Below, piece after piece: positions 1 through 8,387 of a stretch of 64,000 nucleotides of DNA. Made by a program: the position numbers and the translations under genes. Below the pieces are notes generated by a model. It was not told the origin of the DNA, did not search any database, and saw nothing but the letters and a program-made list of their open reading frames with translations. This DNA is from Longimicrobiales bacterium (lineage in GTDB: Bacteria > Gemmatimonadota > Gemmatimonadetes > Longimicrobiales > Gaopeijiaceae): positions 1-64,000 of the forward strand of contig CBDANQ010000029.1 in NCBI GenBank assembly GCA_965197725.1, read 5' to 3'. Within the stretch, counting starts at the first letter, position 1; every line of letters starts with the position of its first letter.

Positions 1-1
1 G

Positions 2-565
2 CGCAACGCCGAGGGATCGGGCAAGCAGCATTACGCCGCGATCACCGATCCCAAGGCACCGCTGGTGTTCGTGCGCCCCGGCGAGTTGATCAAGGCCGCA
101 TGGGCCGGCATCGACCTGGAGGGAGCCGAGTGGCGCTACACGGTGACGAAGACCGGCACGCCGCACATCGTGCCCCTGGCGCGTCAGGCGGTCGCGATTC
201 TTCGCGAGGTTCATTCTCTGACCGGACACGGCCGCTACGTCTTCCCGAACGCACGCTATCCCCACCGGGAGCGGCCGATGAGCCACGCCACGCTGTGGAG
301 CAGGTTCCGGGCGTTGGACATTCCGAGGGACCGGATGACCCTGCACGGGTTCCGGGCGATGGCGCGGACCATTCTGGACGAGGTGCTGGGCTTCCGGCCG
401 GACTTCATCGAGCACCAGCTGGCCCACGAGGTCAGGGATCCCAACGGCCGGGCCTACAACCGGACGGCGTTCCTACCCGAACGCAGGGTAATGATGCAGG
501 AATGGGCAGACTACCTGGACCGATGTGCAGTATCATCTAGTGAAGTCCATAAACGACTGCAATAA
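2..565 (+). pseudogene. P4-like tyrosine integrase, C-terminal fragment with internal deletion
   Basis: Frame open from position 2: KQHYAAITDPK joins directly to APLVFVRPGEL; intact homologues have roughly 20 aa between these motifs. Catalytic motifs R (VRPGE), HGFR, LAH and AY(NR) are present. 5' end lies outside the window. Confidence 0.8.
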
Positions 566-652
566 CAGTCCTTTACAATTATACTGCAGTCGTTTCAGTC
601 ACTCGTAACATCCCTTGATATCCGCTTCCATCCCCTATATTATGTGGGGATG
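551..652. promoter_or_regulatory. AT-rich att-like/integrase regulatory region
   Basis: 11-bp inverted repeat AAACGACTGCA (551-561)/TGCAGTCGTTT (585-595); three ATCC(C/G) motifs phased 10 bp apart (610, 620, 630); CATCCCC (629-635)/GGGGATG (646-652) hairpin overlapping the ATG at 650. Confidence 0.5.
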
Positions 653-1885
653 AGTACTGGAACAAAAAAGGCCAATCCGCCCCGGAAAACCAAGCCCAAG
701 GGCCGTCATCCCGACAAGGCCCTGTCAGCTGCCTTCGTGCGCACGGCTCCGCCGGGAAGACACGCCGACGGCAACGGTTTGTACCTCTTCGTCCAGCCGA
801 GCGGCACCCGGAGCTGGATTCAACGGCTGGTCATCCGGGGTCGCCGCCGCGAGCTCGGCCTCGGCAGCGTCGCGCTGGTCTCCCTGGCCGAGGCCCGGGA
901 GAAGGCGCTGGCCAACCGTAAGCTGGCCCGCGAGGGCGGTGACCCGCTTGCCGAGAAGCGTCGTGCGCAGGGCGTCCCGAGCTTCGCCGAAGCCACCGCG
1001 CGTGTAGTGCAACAGAAGCAAGCCGGCTGGCGAAGTCGGGTGCACGCCCGCGAGTGGATCTTGACCTTCGAGCGGTACGCCTTCCCGCGCATCGGGAAGA
1101 TGCCGGTGTCGGAGGTCACGAGCGCCGACTTGCTCGAGATCCTCGCCCCCATATGGCACACGAAGGCGGAGACCGCCCGGCGGTTGCGGCAGCGCATCCG
1201 TGCGGTGTTGGAGTGGGCGGTGGCGATGGAGTTCCGGATCGACAACCCGTGCGACCGGATCGGCCCGGTCCTGGGTCCCCAGCATGACGTCGTGCAGCAC
1301 ATGCGAGCGTTACCACATCGCGAGGTGGCCGCGGCCATCCGGACGGCGCGCGGCTCGACGGTGCCGCTGGCCGTCCGGCTGGCATTCGAGTTTCTGGTGC
1401 TGACGGCTGCGCGGTGGGGCGAGGTACGCTGGGCCGAGTGGACAGAGATCGATCGGGCCGAGGGCGTGTGGACCGTCCCGGCCAGGCGGACGAAGTCGAA
1501 CCGGGAGCACCGGGTCCCGCTGTGCGGCCGTGCACTGGAGATTCTGGACGAGGCACGGAAGCTCGTGGAGGGAACCAGTCCGTATCTGTTTCCCAATCGG
1601 GTCGGCAAGCAGCTCGAGGAGAAGCAACTCCGCCGGATGTTCCAGAAGCACGAGATCGCGGCCGTGCCGCACGGTTTTCGCTCGAGCTTCCGCGACTGGG
1701 CGGCCGAGGAGACGGATCATCCGCGCGAGGTCATCGAGGCGGCCCTGGCGCATGTCGTCCAGAACAGGGTCGAGGCGGCCTATCGGCGCACGGACCTGTT
1801 CGAGCGCCGGCGCTGGCTGATGGACGATTGGGCGGCGTATCTCGCGGGCGAGCGTCTGAACCCGGAGGCCGAACCGGCTCGCTGA
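650..1885 (+). CDS. P4-like prophage/genomic-island integrase (arm-binding domain + tyrosine recombinase)
   Basis: ORF 644-1885, likely ATG at 650. DGNGLYL...RELGLGS...VSLAEAR arm-binding domain; catalytic R (AARWGE), K (TKSNREH), HGFR, LAH, AYRR. Confidence 0.95.
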   Translation: MSTGTKKANPPRKTKPKGRHPDKALSAAFVRTAPPGRHADGNGLYLFVQPSGTRSWIQRLVIRGRRRELGLGSVALVSLAEAREKALANRKLAREGGDPLAEKRRAQGVPSFAEATARVVQQKQAGWRSRVHAREWILTFERYAFPRIGKMPVSEVTSADLLEILAPIWHTKAETARRLRQRIRAVLEWAVAMEFRIDNPCDRIGPVLGPQHDVVQHMRALPHREVAAAIRTARGSTVPLAVRLAFEFLVLTAARWGEVRWAEWTEIDRAEGVWTVPARRTKSNREHRVPLCGRALEILDEARKLVEGTSPYLFPNRVGKQLEEKQLRRMFQKHEIAAVPHGFRSSFRDWAAEETDHPREVIEAALAHVVQNRVEAAYRRTDLFERRRWLMDDWAAYLAGERLNPEAEPAR

Positions 1886-1945
1886 TCCGCCGCGCTCGCA
1901 GTGTCGGCGGACGAGTCCGTCAGGCGCTGAAGAGCGGGGGCGCGA

Positions 1946-1984
1946 AGGCTGGCTCACGACCCGTTAGCAGTCATGAGCCAGCCT
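1946..1984. repeat. 15-bp inverted repeat, possibly part of an oriT
   Basis: AGGCTGGCTCACGAC (1946-1960)/GTCATGAGCCAGCCT (1970-1984), 14/15 paired, 9-nt loop; lies just upstream of the mobC relic. Confidence 0.55.
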
Positions 1985-2063
1985 ACCCTTTGGGGCCACG
2001 CTTCGCGGGTCCCCGGCAGGAGCTGGCGAGGGTGGCTCCGCCCCTTCGATCCCCTGGACGCCC

Positions 2064-2136
2064 GCGCTCCGGCAGGCCATGGCGCGCACGCGGCCGGCAG
2101 GTCGCGCGCATCGGCGGCAACCTCAACCACCTCGGG
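2064..2136 (+). pseudogene. mobC: MobC relaxosome accessory protein relic
   Basis: LRQAMARTR followed, after a frameshifting deletion, by RQVARIGGNLNHL, resembling the MobC RIGNNLNQIA motif. Confidence 0.6.
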
Positions 2137-2937
2137 GCAGTTTCGGGCTTGGTCGAGCGCCGACGCCGACCTCACTGGGACGACTTGCCGAGCCACCTAG
2201 CTGGTGAAAAGCCGCGACCGGCGGCCGGATTCGTTGATACGCCGCGCTCCCAGCGGCGCTTGATGGCCTTCCCGCCAGGGATCGATTCAGGGGAGCGACC
2301 CCTCCGCGGAGGTTGGCATGGGCGTGCACATGCCAACCCTCTCCGATGCCGATCGAGGCATCCCAAAAGGGGGGGTCGCTCCCATCTACGGCCGAAAGCT
2401 CCGGAGCAGCGTCGCCGCTCCGGCGGCCGTGCCGCAACTGCAAGACAGCCAGCCACATACGGAAGTGCTGGCGCGCACATGGAATTGGCTTCTCGGTGCA
2501 CATGCACCCCGTTGTCTGATGTGCACTCCCCGATCAGCACCGACCCTCGCTGATCCGCGTTCAAAATCCGCCTCCAGGGAGCCGTCTCGAGCGCCATGTC
2601 GCGAAGCCGTGGATCAACGTTCCGGGAGTCGAGGATCGGTGGAGGTCATTCAGCTCGACGATCCGCTTGAGGCAGGCCTGCAGGTCGCCATACTCCTTGA
2701 GCACCCGGTCATCCTTGGCGCGGATGGCCTGCTCGATTCTGGCGATCTCGCGGCGGGCCGCACGGTCGGGTTCCGGAGCGGCGGAGGGGCCGGATGCTGT
2801 AGATGTGTTGGTCCAGCTCTCGAGGATCGTCCCAGGCCGTAAGGGCGACGCCGAGACCGACGGCTGATCCGAGGACAGCCCGCACGTCTCTGGTCAGCTA
2901 CTGGACTAGCGGGTTCAGAATAGGCTAGGATGCCTCC

Positions 2938-3345
2938 ATGGAACGACAGCTTGCTCACATGCAGATGGTCCAAGCCGTGATCACACGGATGGCTAGCAAC
3001 TCATTCCACATCAAGGGCTGGAGCGTAACGCTCGTCGCGGCTCTCTTCGCTCTCGCTGCCGCCGATGACATCAACGAGTACTTCGTCTGTCTGGCCTACT
3101 TCCCTGCCTTCATGTTCTGGGCGCTCGATGCGTATTGCCTGCGCCAGGAACATCTTTTCCGAAAGCTATACGACCACATCCGGACCCAGAAAGAGTCTAA
3201 GACCGACTTCTCGATGAGCACCACGACGTTTGAGAACGACGTCGACGGAATGTGGAAGGTGGCGTGGTCACCAACATTGAAGATGTTTCATTGCACCCTA
3301 ACCGGCTCGATCATCGTCGTGATGGCGTTGATGATCGTGTTTTGA
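2938..3345 (+). CDS. Small ~3-TM membrane protein, candidate TIR-associated defence effector
   Basis: 135 aa; HMQMVQAVITRMASNSFHIKGWSVTLV...FWALDAY..RQE.LFR.LY pattern; three hydrophobic segments; ends 9 bp before the TIR gene. Confidence 0.8.
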   Translation: MERQLAHMQMVQAVITRMASNSFHIKGWSVTLVAALFALAAADDINEYFVCLAYFPAFMFWALDAYCLRQEHLFRKLYDHIRTQKESKTDFSMSTTTFENDVDGMWKVAWSPTLKMFHCTLTGSIIVVMALMIVF

Positions 3346-3354
3346 CGAGACGAG

Positions 3355-3852
3355 ATGGCCAGACGTACCTTCTTCAGCTTCCACTACAAACCTGACAACT
3401 GGCGCGCCGCCCAGGTCCGGAACATTGGGATGGTCGACGGCAACAAGCCGGTGACAGACAACGAATGGGAGACGATCAAAAAGGGCGGGGATGCCGCGAT
3501 CAATAAGTGGATCGCCGGGCAGATGAAGGGACGCTCCTGCACAGTCGTCTTGGTCGGTAGCAACACCACGGGTCGAAAGTGGATCAACTACGAGATCAGC
3601 CAGTCGTGGAATCAGGGGATGGGCGTGGTTGGCATTCGGATTCACGGTTTGGAGAATTCGAAGGGCCAGACATCCACCTCGGGTGGAAACCCCTTCGATC
3701 ACGTCACATTCACAGAGAGCAAGAAGAAGCTTTCTTCCGTAGTGAAGTGCTACAAACCGGCGGGAGCGAACAGCCAAGAGCGCTATGCCTGGATTAAGAA
3801 ACATCTGGCCAACGCGGTCGAAGAAGCAGCGACAATCCGCAAGGCCAACTAG
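3355..3852 (+). CDS. TIR-domain protein, ThsB/DUF1863-like
   Basis: RRTFFSFHY..DNWRAAQVRN, CTVVLVG, KWINYEI (catalytic Glu retained), G.NPF motifs typical of Thoeris ThsB-like TIRs. Confidence 0.9.
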   Translation: MARRTFFSFHYKPDNWRAAQVRNIGMVDGNKPVTDNEWETIKKGGDAAINKWIAGQMKGRSCTVVLVGSNTTGRKWINYEISQSWNQGMGVVGIRIHGLENSKGQTSTSGGNPFDHVTFTESKKKLSSVVKCYKPAGANSQERYAWIKKHLANAVEEAATIRKAN

Positions 3853-4249
3853 TACTAGCAGCTACAAGAACGCAGGATCACAGAGTGAACCTTTCAAATC
3901 CAGACCTCCCGCAGCACTCAGGATTGGGACTTCAGCTTATCTTTCAACGCCTTAAGCTCGTCAGTCATTTCTGACTCGGGGACGACACTCATCGATTCGA
4001 TTACTATAATTCTGGTGTCCGAGCGTTTTTTGAGATGTGTAGCTGCCAAGGTCGAAGCCGTTGCCTAGTTGTCACCCGGAAAACGGGGCAACAGGAGTCA
4101 CTTCAGAATTTCCCCAGTGGGGCTAGTTGGCGGAAGCTTAACCTCCTACGAGTCTCCCGCTCGGCAGTGGACAAGCTGCCCCGCCAGGTGGTCATCTTCT
4201 CGGGACGAGACAATGCGTATCCGGCGAAGCGCCCCCGGCGGCGCGCGGC

Positions 4250-4621
4250 GCGCGCCACCTCATCGAGCATCTCATCGGCCACAATCTCGATCTGCAGGAG
4301 CTTCTTGACGACGGGGTGATCCATCATCGAAACCAGGTCCCCTTCGATTCGGTCGAAACTGCGGTCCAACAAGTGGACGACTCATTCGGGGCACTGATCG
4401 ACAAGCTCACCGTTATGGACGAGGGTCAGTGGTTAGAGGTGGGCCAGTTCTATGCCGGCGATCACTTGATCATGGAGGCGCCGTGCCAGCAACTCGCATG
4501 GATGATGCTCTTGGACGCGGTGCATCATCGTGGTCAGCTCAGCACCTATCTACGGCCGATGGGTAGTAAGGTGCCGGCGATCTACGGCCCGTCAGCGGAC
4601 GACCAGGGCGAGGGTCACTGA
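4250..4621 (+). pseudogene. DinB/YfiT family protein, 5'-truncated
   Basis: In-frame ARHLIEHLIGH...DAVHHRGQLSTYLRPMGSKVPAIYGPSADD; no start codon or N-terminal part upstream of about 4250. Confidence 0.75.
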
Positions 4622-4705
4622 ACCAAGCGGCTTGCTTTTGGGGCTCGCGCGCTACGCTTGCGGTCGGCACATTACTCGAGCAGCAGAATCGCAGATCCGT
4701 TAGAC
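4617..4705 (+). other. Degenerate integron attC site
   Basis: Begins at the DinB stop with ACTGAAC-CAAGCGGCTTGCT (R''/L''-like) and ends GCAGCAGAATCGCAGATCC-GTTAGAC (L'/R', GTTRRRY at 4699-4705); RBS and ATG of the next gene follow within 23 bp. Confidence 0.6.
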
Positions 4706-4727
4706 GGGCTTAGGACGGAGAGCCTCC

Positions 4728-5375
4728 ATGGCAGCTAATGAAGACCTCCTGGGATTCATCCGAGAGGCCCTGAATCGGGGCCTGCCACGCGACGAAATCC
4801 GAGGTGTGCTGAGTCAGGCTGATTGGTCGGACGAAGAGGTGAAGGCAGCACTCCTATCGTTTGCGGCGGTCGACTTCCCCATTCCCGTACCACGACCGCG
4901 CCCGTCGCTCTCGGCTCGAGAGGCGTTCGAGTACCTGGTGCTCTTCGGCACACTCTACATGAGTGCCTTTAGCCTAGGAACCCTTCTCTTCCAATTCATC
5001 GACCTCGCTTTTCCCGATCCGCTCTGGTCCGAAAACCGATTCGAGGTCATAAGGAACACCATCCGGCAGTCGATTGCTGCGCTCGTGGTGGCCACGCCCA
5101 TCTTCCTATATGCGGTGAGGACCAATAGCCGGGCGATGGCTCTCTCACCGCTGAAGCGAACCTCCCCGGTGCGCCAGTGGCTCACCTACCTGACACTAGC
5201 GATCTCAGCAGGCATCCTCATCGGTGATTCCACCACGCTGGTCTACAACGTCCTCGATGGAGAAGTAGCCGTCGGGTTTCTACTCAAAGTCCTGACAACT
5301 GGAGGCATCGCTGGCGCCATCTTCACCTACTATCTCGGCGATCTTAGGCGAGACCAGAAGGAGGTGGAAGGATGA
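4728..5375 (+). CDS. DUF5671-like membrane protein (cassette gene)
   Basis: 215 aa; SAREAFEYLVLFGTLY, IRQSIAALVVATP, VRQWLTYLTL motifs; four TM segments. Confidence 0.75.
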   Translation: MAANEDLLGFIREALNRGLPRDEIRGVLSQADWSDEEVKAALLSFAAVDFPIPVPRPRPSLSAREAFEYLVLFGTLYMSAFSLGTLLFQFIDLAFPDPLWSENRFEVIRNTIRQSIAALVVATPIFLYAVRTNSRAMALSPLKRTSPVRQWLTYLTLAISAGILIGDSTTLVYNVLDGEVAVGFLLKVLTTGGIAGAIFTYYLGDLRRDQKEVEG

Positions 5376-5806
5376 AACCGTCTCTGGGCAAGACCATGTT
5401 GGCCGCCGCCACGACGCTGGTTGTGGGATCCATCATCGCTGGCGTGATCCTGGTCGGATCACCGAGCGAAGGTCGTTTCCAACGACTTGATTCGGGCCGG
5501 ATCGAGGACTTCAAGCAGATCATGGCGGCCACGGACTCCTACTGGGACCGCAACGAGCGTCTCCCGACATCCCTCGACGAGCTTGCTGAAGATGCGCGAA
5601 CGCAGGTGAACACGGTCGATCCCGGCTCGGCTCAGTCCTACGAGCATCGGGCTTTGGATGAGGATACATACGAGCTCTGTACGACCTTCGATCGCGAGTC
5701 GCTTGAGTCAGCGCGCCGGAGCTCGGCTGACTTCTGGAGGCACGGGGTAGGCAGGCAGTGTTTTGAGGTAGATGTTGATACGAGTGGTGAAGCAGCGGAT
5801 AGGTAG
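5372..5806 (+). CDS. Pilin-like exported partner protein
   Basis: ATGA overlap with the upstream gene; N-terminal TM, GSP..R...D..R..D, LP.SL.EL, DP, YELC..F and C-terminal C. Confidence 0.7.
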   Translation: MKPSLGKTMLAAATTLVVGSIIAGVILVGSPSEGRFQRLDSGRIEDFKQIMAATDSYWDRNERLPTSLDELAEDARTQVNTVDPGSAQSYEHRALDEDTYELCTTFDRESLESARRSSADFWRHGVGRQCFEVDVDTSGEAADR

Positions 5807-5866
5807 GCCGTCGGCATTCCCATGAGTGAAAAAATCACAGGGGCCCCGATAGTGGCTGCCGAAGAT

Positions 5867-5890
5867 GCCTAACACTTATCAGGCCCCCGG
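5867..5890 (+). other. attC R'' box interrupted by a relic IS110-type end
   Basis: GCCTAAC (5867-5873) followed by ACTTATCAGGCCCCC; the 10-mer AACACTTATC recurs at the intact IS junction (6014-6023). Confidence 0.55.
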
Positions 5891-6029
5891 AGTCAAGAGC
5901 GCGCATGTCCCCCGGCGCGTCGCGGAGCGGCGCGTAATGAAGTGAGCGTCGGTCGTCGAGTCCTCTGACTTGGTTTCCGTCAACAGGTGCGAGCACTTCC
6001 GAGCTCTGCACCAAACACTTATCGAGGTT

Positions 6030-6331
6030 CAACCGCCGGGTGCCCTTCGAGGCGAGCTCGAAGGAGCGGCGGAGCAGGAGCCTGCTGTGGGCTCCTACGA
6101 CCTAGAAATTCATCTGTGCCCTCGTGCCGTCCGACTCCATTCAAGGTGAGCAGGCTCGGGCCGTGAGGCGCCGGACCAGTTAGCTCCGGGCTCGGGTGAG
6201 GGGCAGAGTCCTGAGTTAGACCGACTTCGATGTGTGGGGAGCGGGAGGAGGCGTCCAATCAAGCGAGGCGGCTGTCAGGCATCCGGTGCCCGCTCGAGTT
6301 AGAAATCGGGGCTCGCGACCTCCCCTCCCCG
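6030..6331 (-). ncRNA. Putative bridge/seek RNA of the IS110 element
   Basis: Non-coding end downstream of the transposase; contains guide-like CTAAC and CGCTTG/CCTTG segments matching an attC-like target CTAAC-AAGCG. Boundaries approximate. Confidence 0.65.
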
Positions 6332-7378
6332 TCAGGTGCGTGTATAGAAGCGTTCGGTGTGGAATGCCTCCCCGTTCTTGAGCATGAAGTAGGTGGCGCG
6401 ACCGATGCGAGCCGCGAGGATGCTGAGCGCCTTGCCCTTGCCGTGGCGGCGCGCGAGCCTCTTGAGATGGCCCTGGCCGCGGACGTTGTCGCGTAGGAAG
6501 AGGACGGCAGCCTCGCTGAACGCCCACTTGAGGTGTGCGTTACCGATCTTGGCTCCTCCGCTGCCGACCCGCTTGCCTGCACTGCGGTGCTCGGGCTTGG
6601 CGAGTCGACAGTAGGAGCTGAAGCGCTGCACTGTGCTGAAGCGAGCGATGTCGTGGATCTCATAGAGCAGCGTGAGCGCCAGGATCCGACCGATGCCGGG
6701 GATGGTTCGGAGCCGCTCCAGCGTGTCGGAGTCGTGGACACGGGCTTCTTCTTCGACCGTACGCTCGAGTTCTCGGATCACGGGGTCGTAGCGATCGGCC
6801 AGGGCGAGGTCCGCCTCAATGGTCCTCTGGATCATGGGATCGTCGAACGCCTGGGCCAGTCCCTCTCGGTTCTTCTTGTAGAGGAGCTGACCCGGGGGCC
6901 GAGGCAGGTTGTACTGATGAAAGGTGTTGCGGACGTGGGCGAGGAGCTCGCCGCGCTTGCGCACGAAGTAGAGTCGGCGCCGGAGCACATCGCGCGTGGC
7001 TCGCATCTGGGGAGGATAGACGTAGGCCACCGGGAACGCACCACCACGCAGCAAGACCGCCGTCTTGTGCGAGTCGATGTGGTCGTTCTTGGCCTTGGCC
7101 CCGTGGATCGCCTTCATGTAGAGCGCATGGCCGAGCACGAAGTGGATCTGCTCACGAGCACATAGATCGGCGAGCCAGTACCAGCAGAAGATGCACTCGC
7201 TGCCCACCACGAGGTCCAAACGGTAGGGCTCGAGGGCGCGAAGCAGTGCCTCGCGCTCACAGCGTAGCCTCTTGTGCAGTCGTATCTTGCCCTGGCCGTC
7301 CAGAACGCAGAGGTAGAGCGTGCGAGCGTGAAGGTCGATGCCACAGTAGTATCGATGCTGGCCGGTGTAGAAGCGCAT
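6332..7378 (-). CDS. IS110-family DEDD recombinase/transposase
   Basis: GIDLH, VGSEC and KNDHIDS (DEDD RuvC-like); IPGIG HhH; HRSAGK catalytic-Ser region; 348 aa, intact. Confidence 0.95.
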   Translation of the reverse strand: MRFYTGQHRYYCGIDLHARTLYLCVLDGQGKIRLHKRLRCEREALLRALEPYRLDLVVGSECIFCWYWLADLCAREQIHFVLGHALYMKAIHGAKAKNDHIDSHKTAVLLRGGAFPVAYVYPPQMRATRDVLRRRLYFVRKRGELLAHVRNTFHQYNLPRPPGQLLYKKNREGLAQAFDDPMIQRTIEADLALADRYDPVIRELERTVEEEARVHDSDTLERLRTIPGIGRILALTLLYEIHDIARFSTVQRFSSYCRLAKPEHRSAGKRVGSGGAKIGNAHLKWAFSEAAVLFLRDNVRGQGHLKRLARRHGKGKALSILAARIGRATYFMLKNGEAFHTERFYTRT

Positions 7379-7469
7379 GGTTCCCCTCCTGGGTTGGATG
7401 GATCGAGCGTCGCGCTCTGATCATTCCGTCCTCTCTGTGAGAGGTCCAGGAGGGGGCCTGCATGAGTAT

Positions 7470-8384
7470 CAAGCGCTTAGCTCGGTCCTTCAAGACGAGG
7501 GCTGGGACGGTTTGTATCTGCCGCCGCCCACCAACAACCCCTTGGTCCACAACCTTGCTGCCCGACGGTGGGAGCTGGCGAAACCTCAGAGCAGCTCCAC
7601 GAGCAGTTGTCTTGCCCGAGAGACTGAGGGAGGATGGCGCCTGGCAGGCAGGTATGACTTTGGCACCCTCGCAGATCCGGACCCAGTCATTGAAAAAGAT
7701 GAGGGGGGCGTGACTGGAGTCTTTACGTATCAGGAGGTTTTTGGTCACGAGTTCGTGGCGCGGCTAGAGGCGCTCCTGGGTGCGACAGGGGCGGAAGATC
7801 GAGCCGCCGCTCGGGACGAGCTGGACACTTTCCTGGTCGATGTAGGAGCCCGGCCTCCCGCTCACCGCCGAGACGAAGACCCGCCCGGGCCTGCACTTCG
7901 GGAAATGTTCACCCAGTTGCGCCACCTGCTGGAGTTGCTGTGGATGCCGCTCGGTGAGGTGGGTACGGCTGAGAGGGCCCGAGCTATTCTGGACGCCCAC
8001 AAGGTTTCTGAGGCTGATCGCCACCAGTGGTGCCTCCGGCTGGCAGTCCCCGCGCTCTCTTGGCCCGAACTCCAAGCCGTCATGGACCAGCAAGAGCAGG
8101 CGGCCAGCTGGGGGAAGCTGATGCAGCTCCCCACGGCCCGACGGCTGGCGGTATGGATCCTGGCCCGGCGTCTCGGCTCACCTCCCGCACGTATCGCGAA
8201 CAAGGTCGGAGCCGGTTCCGACTGGGATTACTTCAACGAGGCCACGAACCCCGTAGACCCCTTCGCTCCAGGGCGCGTAAGCGACCCACGAGTAGGAAGT
8301 GGGGGGTCTTTCGATCTCACGGACGTCACGCCTGCTCCGCGAAGCTTAGAGCGTATCCGCCCGACCTGTGTGACGGCGGGATAA
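7470..8384 (+). CDS. Hypothetical protein of the satellite-like element; 5' part cut by the IS110
   Basis: Long ORF 7377-8384 whose first codons lie inside the IS; removing the IS restores an in-frame ELCTK-QALSSVLQ junction. No recognisable domain. Confidence 0.5.
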   Translation, partial: QALSSVLQDEGWDGLYLPPPTNNPLVHNLAARRWELAKPQSSSTSSCLARETEGGWRLAGRYDFGTLADPDPVIEKDEGGVTGVFTYQEVFGHEFVARLEALLGATGAEDRAAARDELDTFLVDVGARPPAHRRDEDPPGPALREMFTQLRHLLELLWMPLGEVGTAERARAILDAHKVSEADRHQWCLRLAVPALSWPELQAVMDQQEQAASWGKLMQLPTARRLAVWILARRLGSPPARIANKVGAGSDWDYFNEATNPVDPFAPGRVSDPRVGSGGSFDLTDVTPAPRSLERIRPTCVTAG

Positions 8385-8387
8385 TTC

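Larger units (their letters stand above)
6016..7471 (-). mobile_element. IS110-family (IS1111-like) insertion sequence
   Basis: Junctions CCAAA[CA]CTTATCGAGG...GGCCTGCATGAGTAT[CA]AGCGC with a shared CA core and no TSD; imperfect sub-terminal inverted repeats; about 315 bp non-coding 3' end. Confidence 0.85.

Noticed and set aside
2324..2526. Repeated GTGCACAT motifs, including an inverted pair (2496-2503/2519-2526)
   Set aside because: Short, irregularly spaced, no assignable function; not a CRISPR or iteron array.
1414..2842. Long ORFs 1414-2553 and 2318-2842
   Set aside because: R/G/P-rich shadow frames typical of high-GC DNA; only the short mobC motif looks real.
3918..4065. Low-GC minus-strand frame (…SMSVVPESEMTDELKALKDKLKSQS) as a third defence gene
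   Set aside because: Under 50 codons, bounded by stops, opposite strand, no recognisable motif.
4070..4100. TGTCACCCGGAAAACGGGGCAACAGGAGTCA resembles an IS3-family terminal repeat
   Set aside because: No partner end or transposase nearby; resemblance only.
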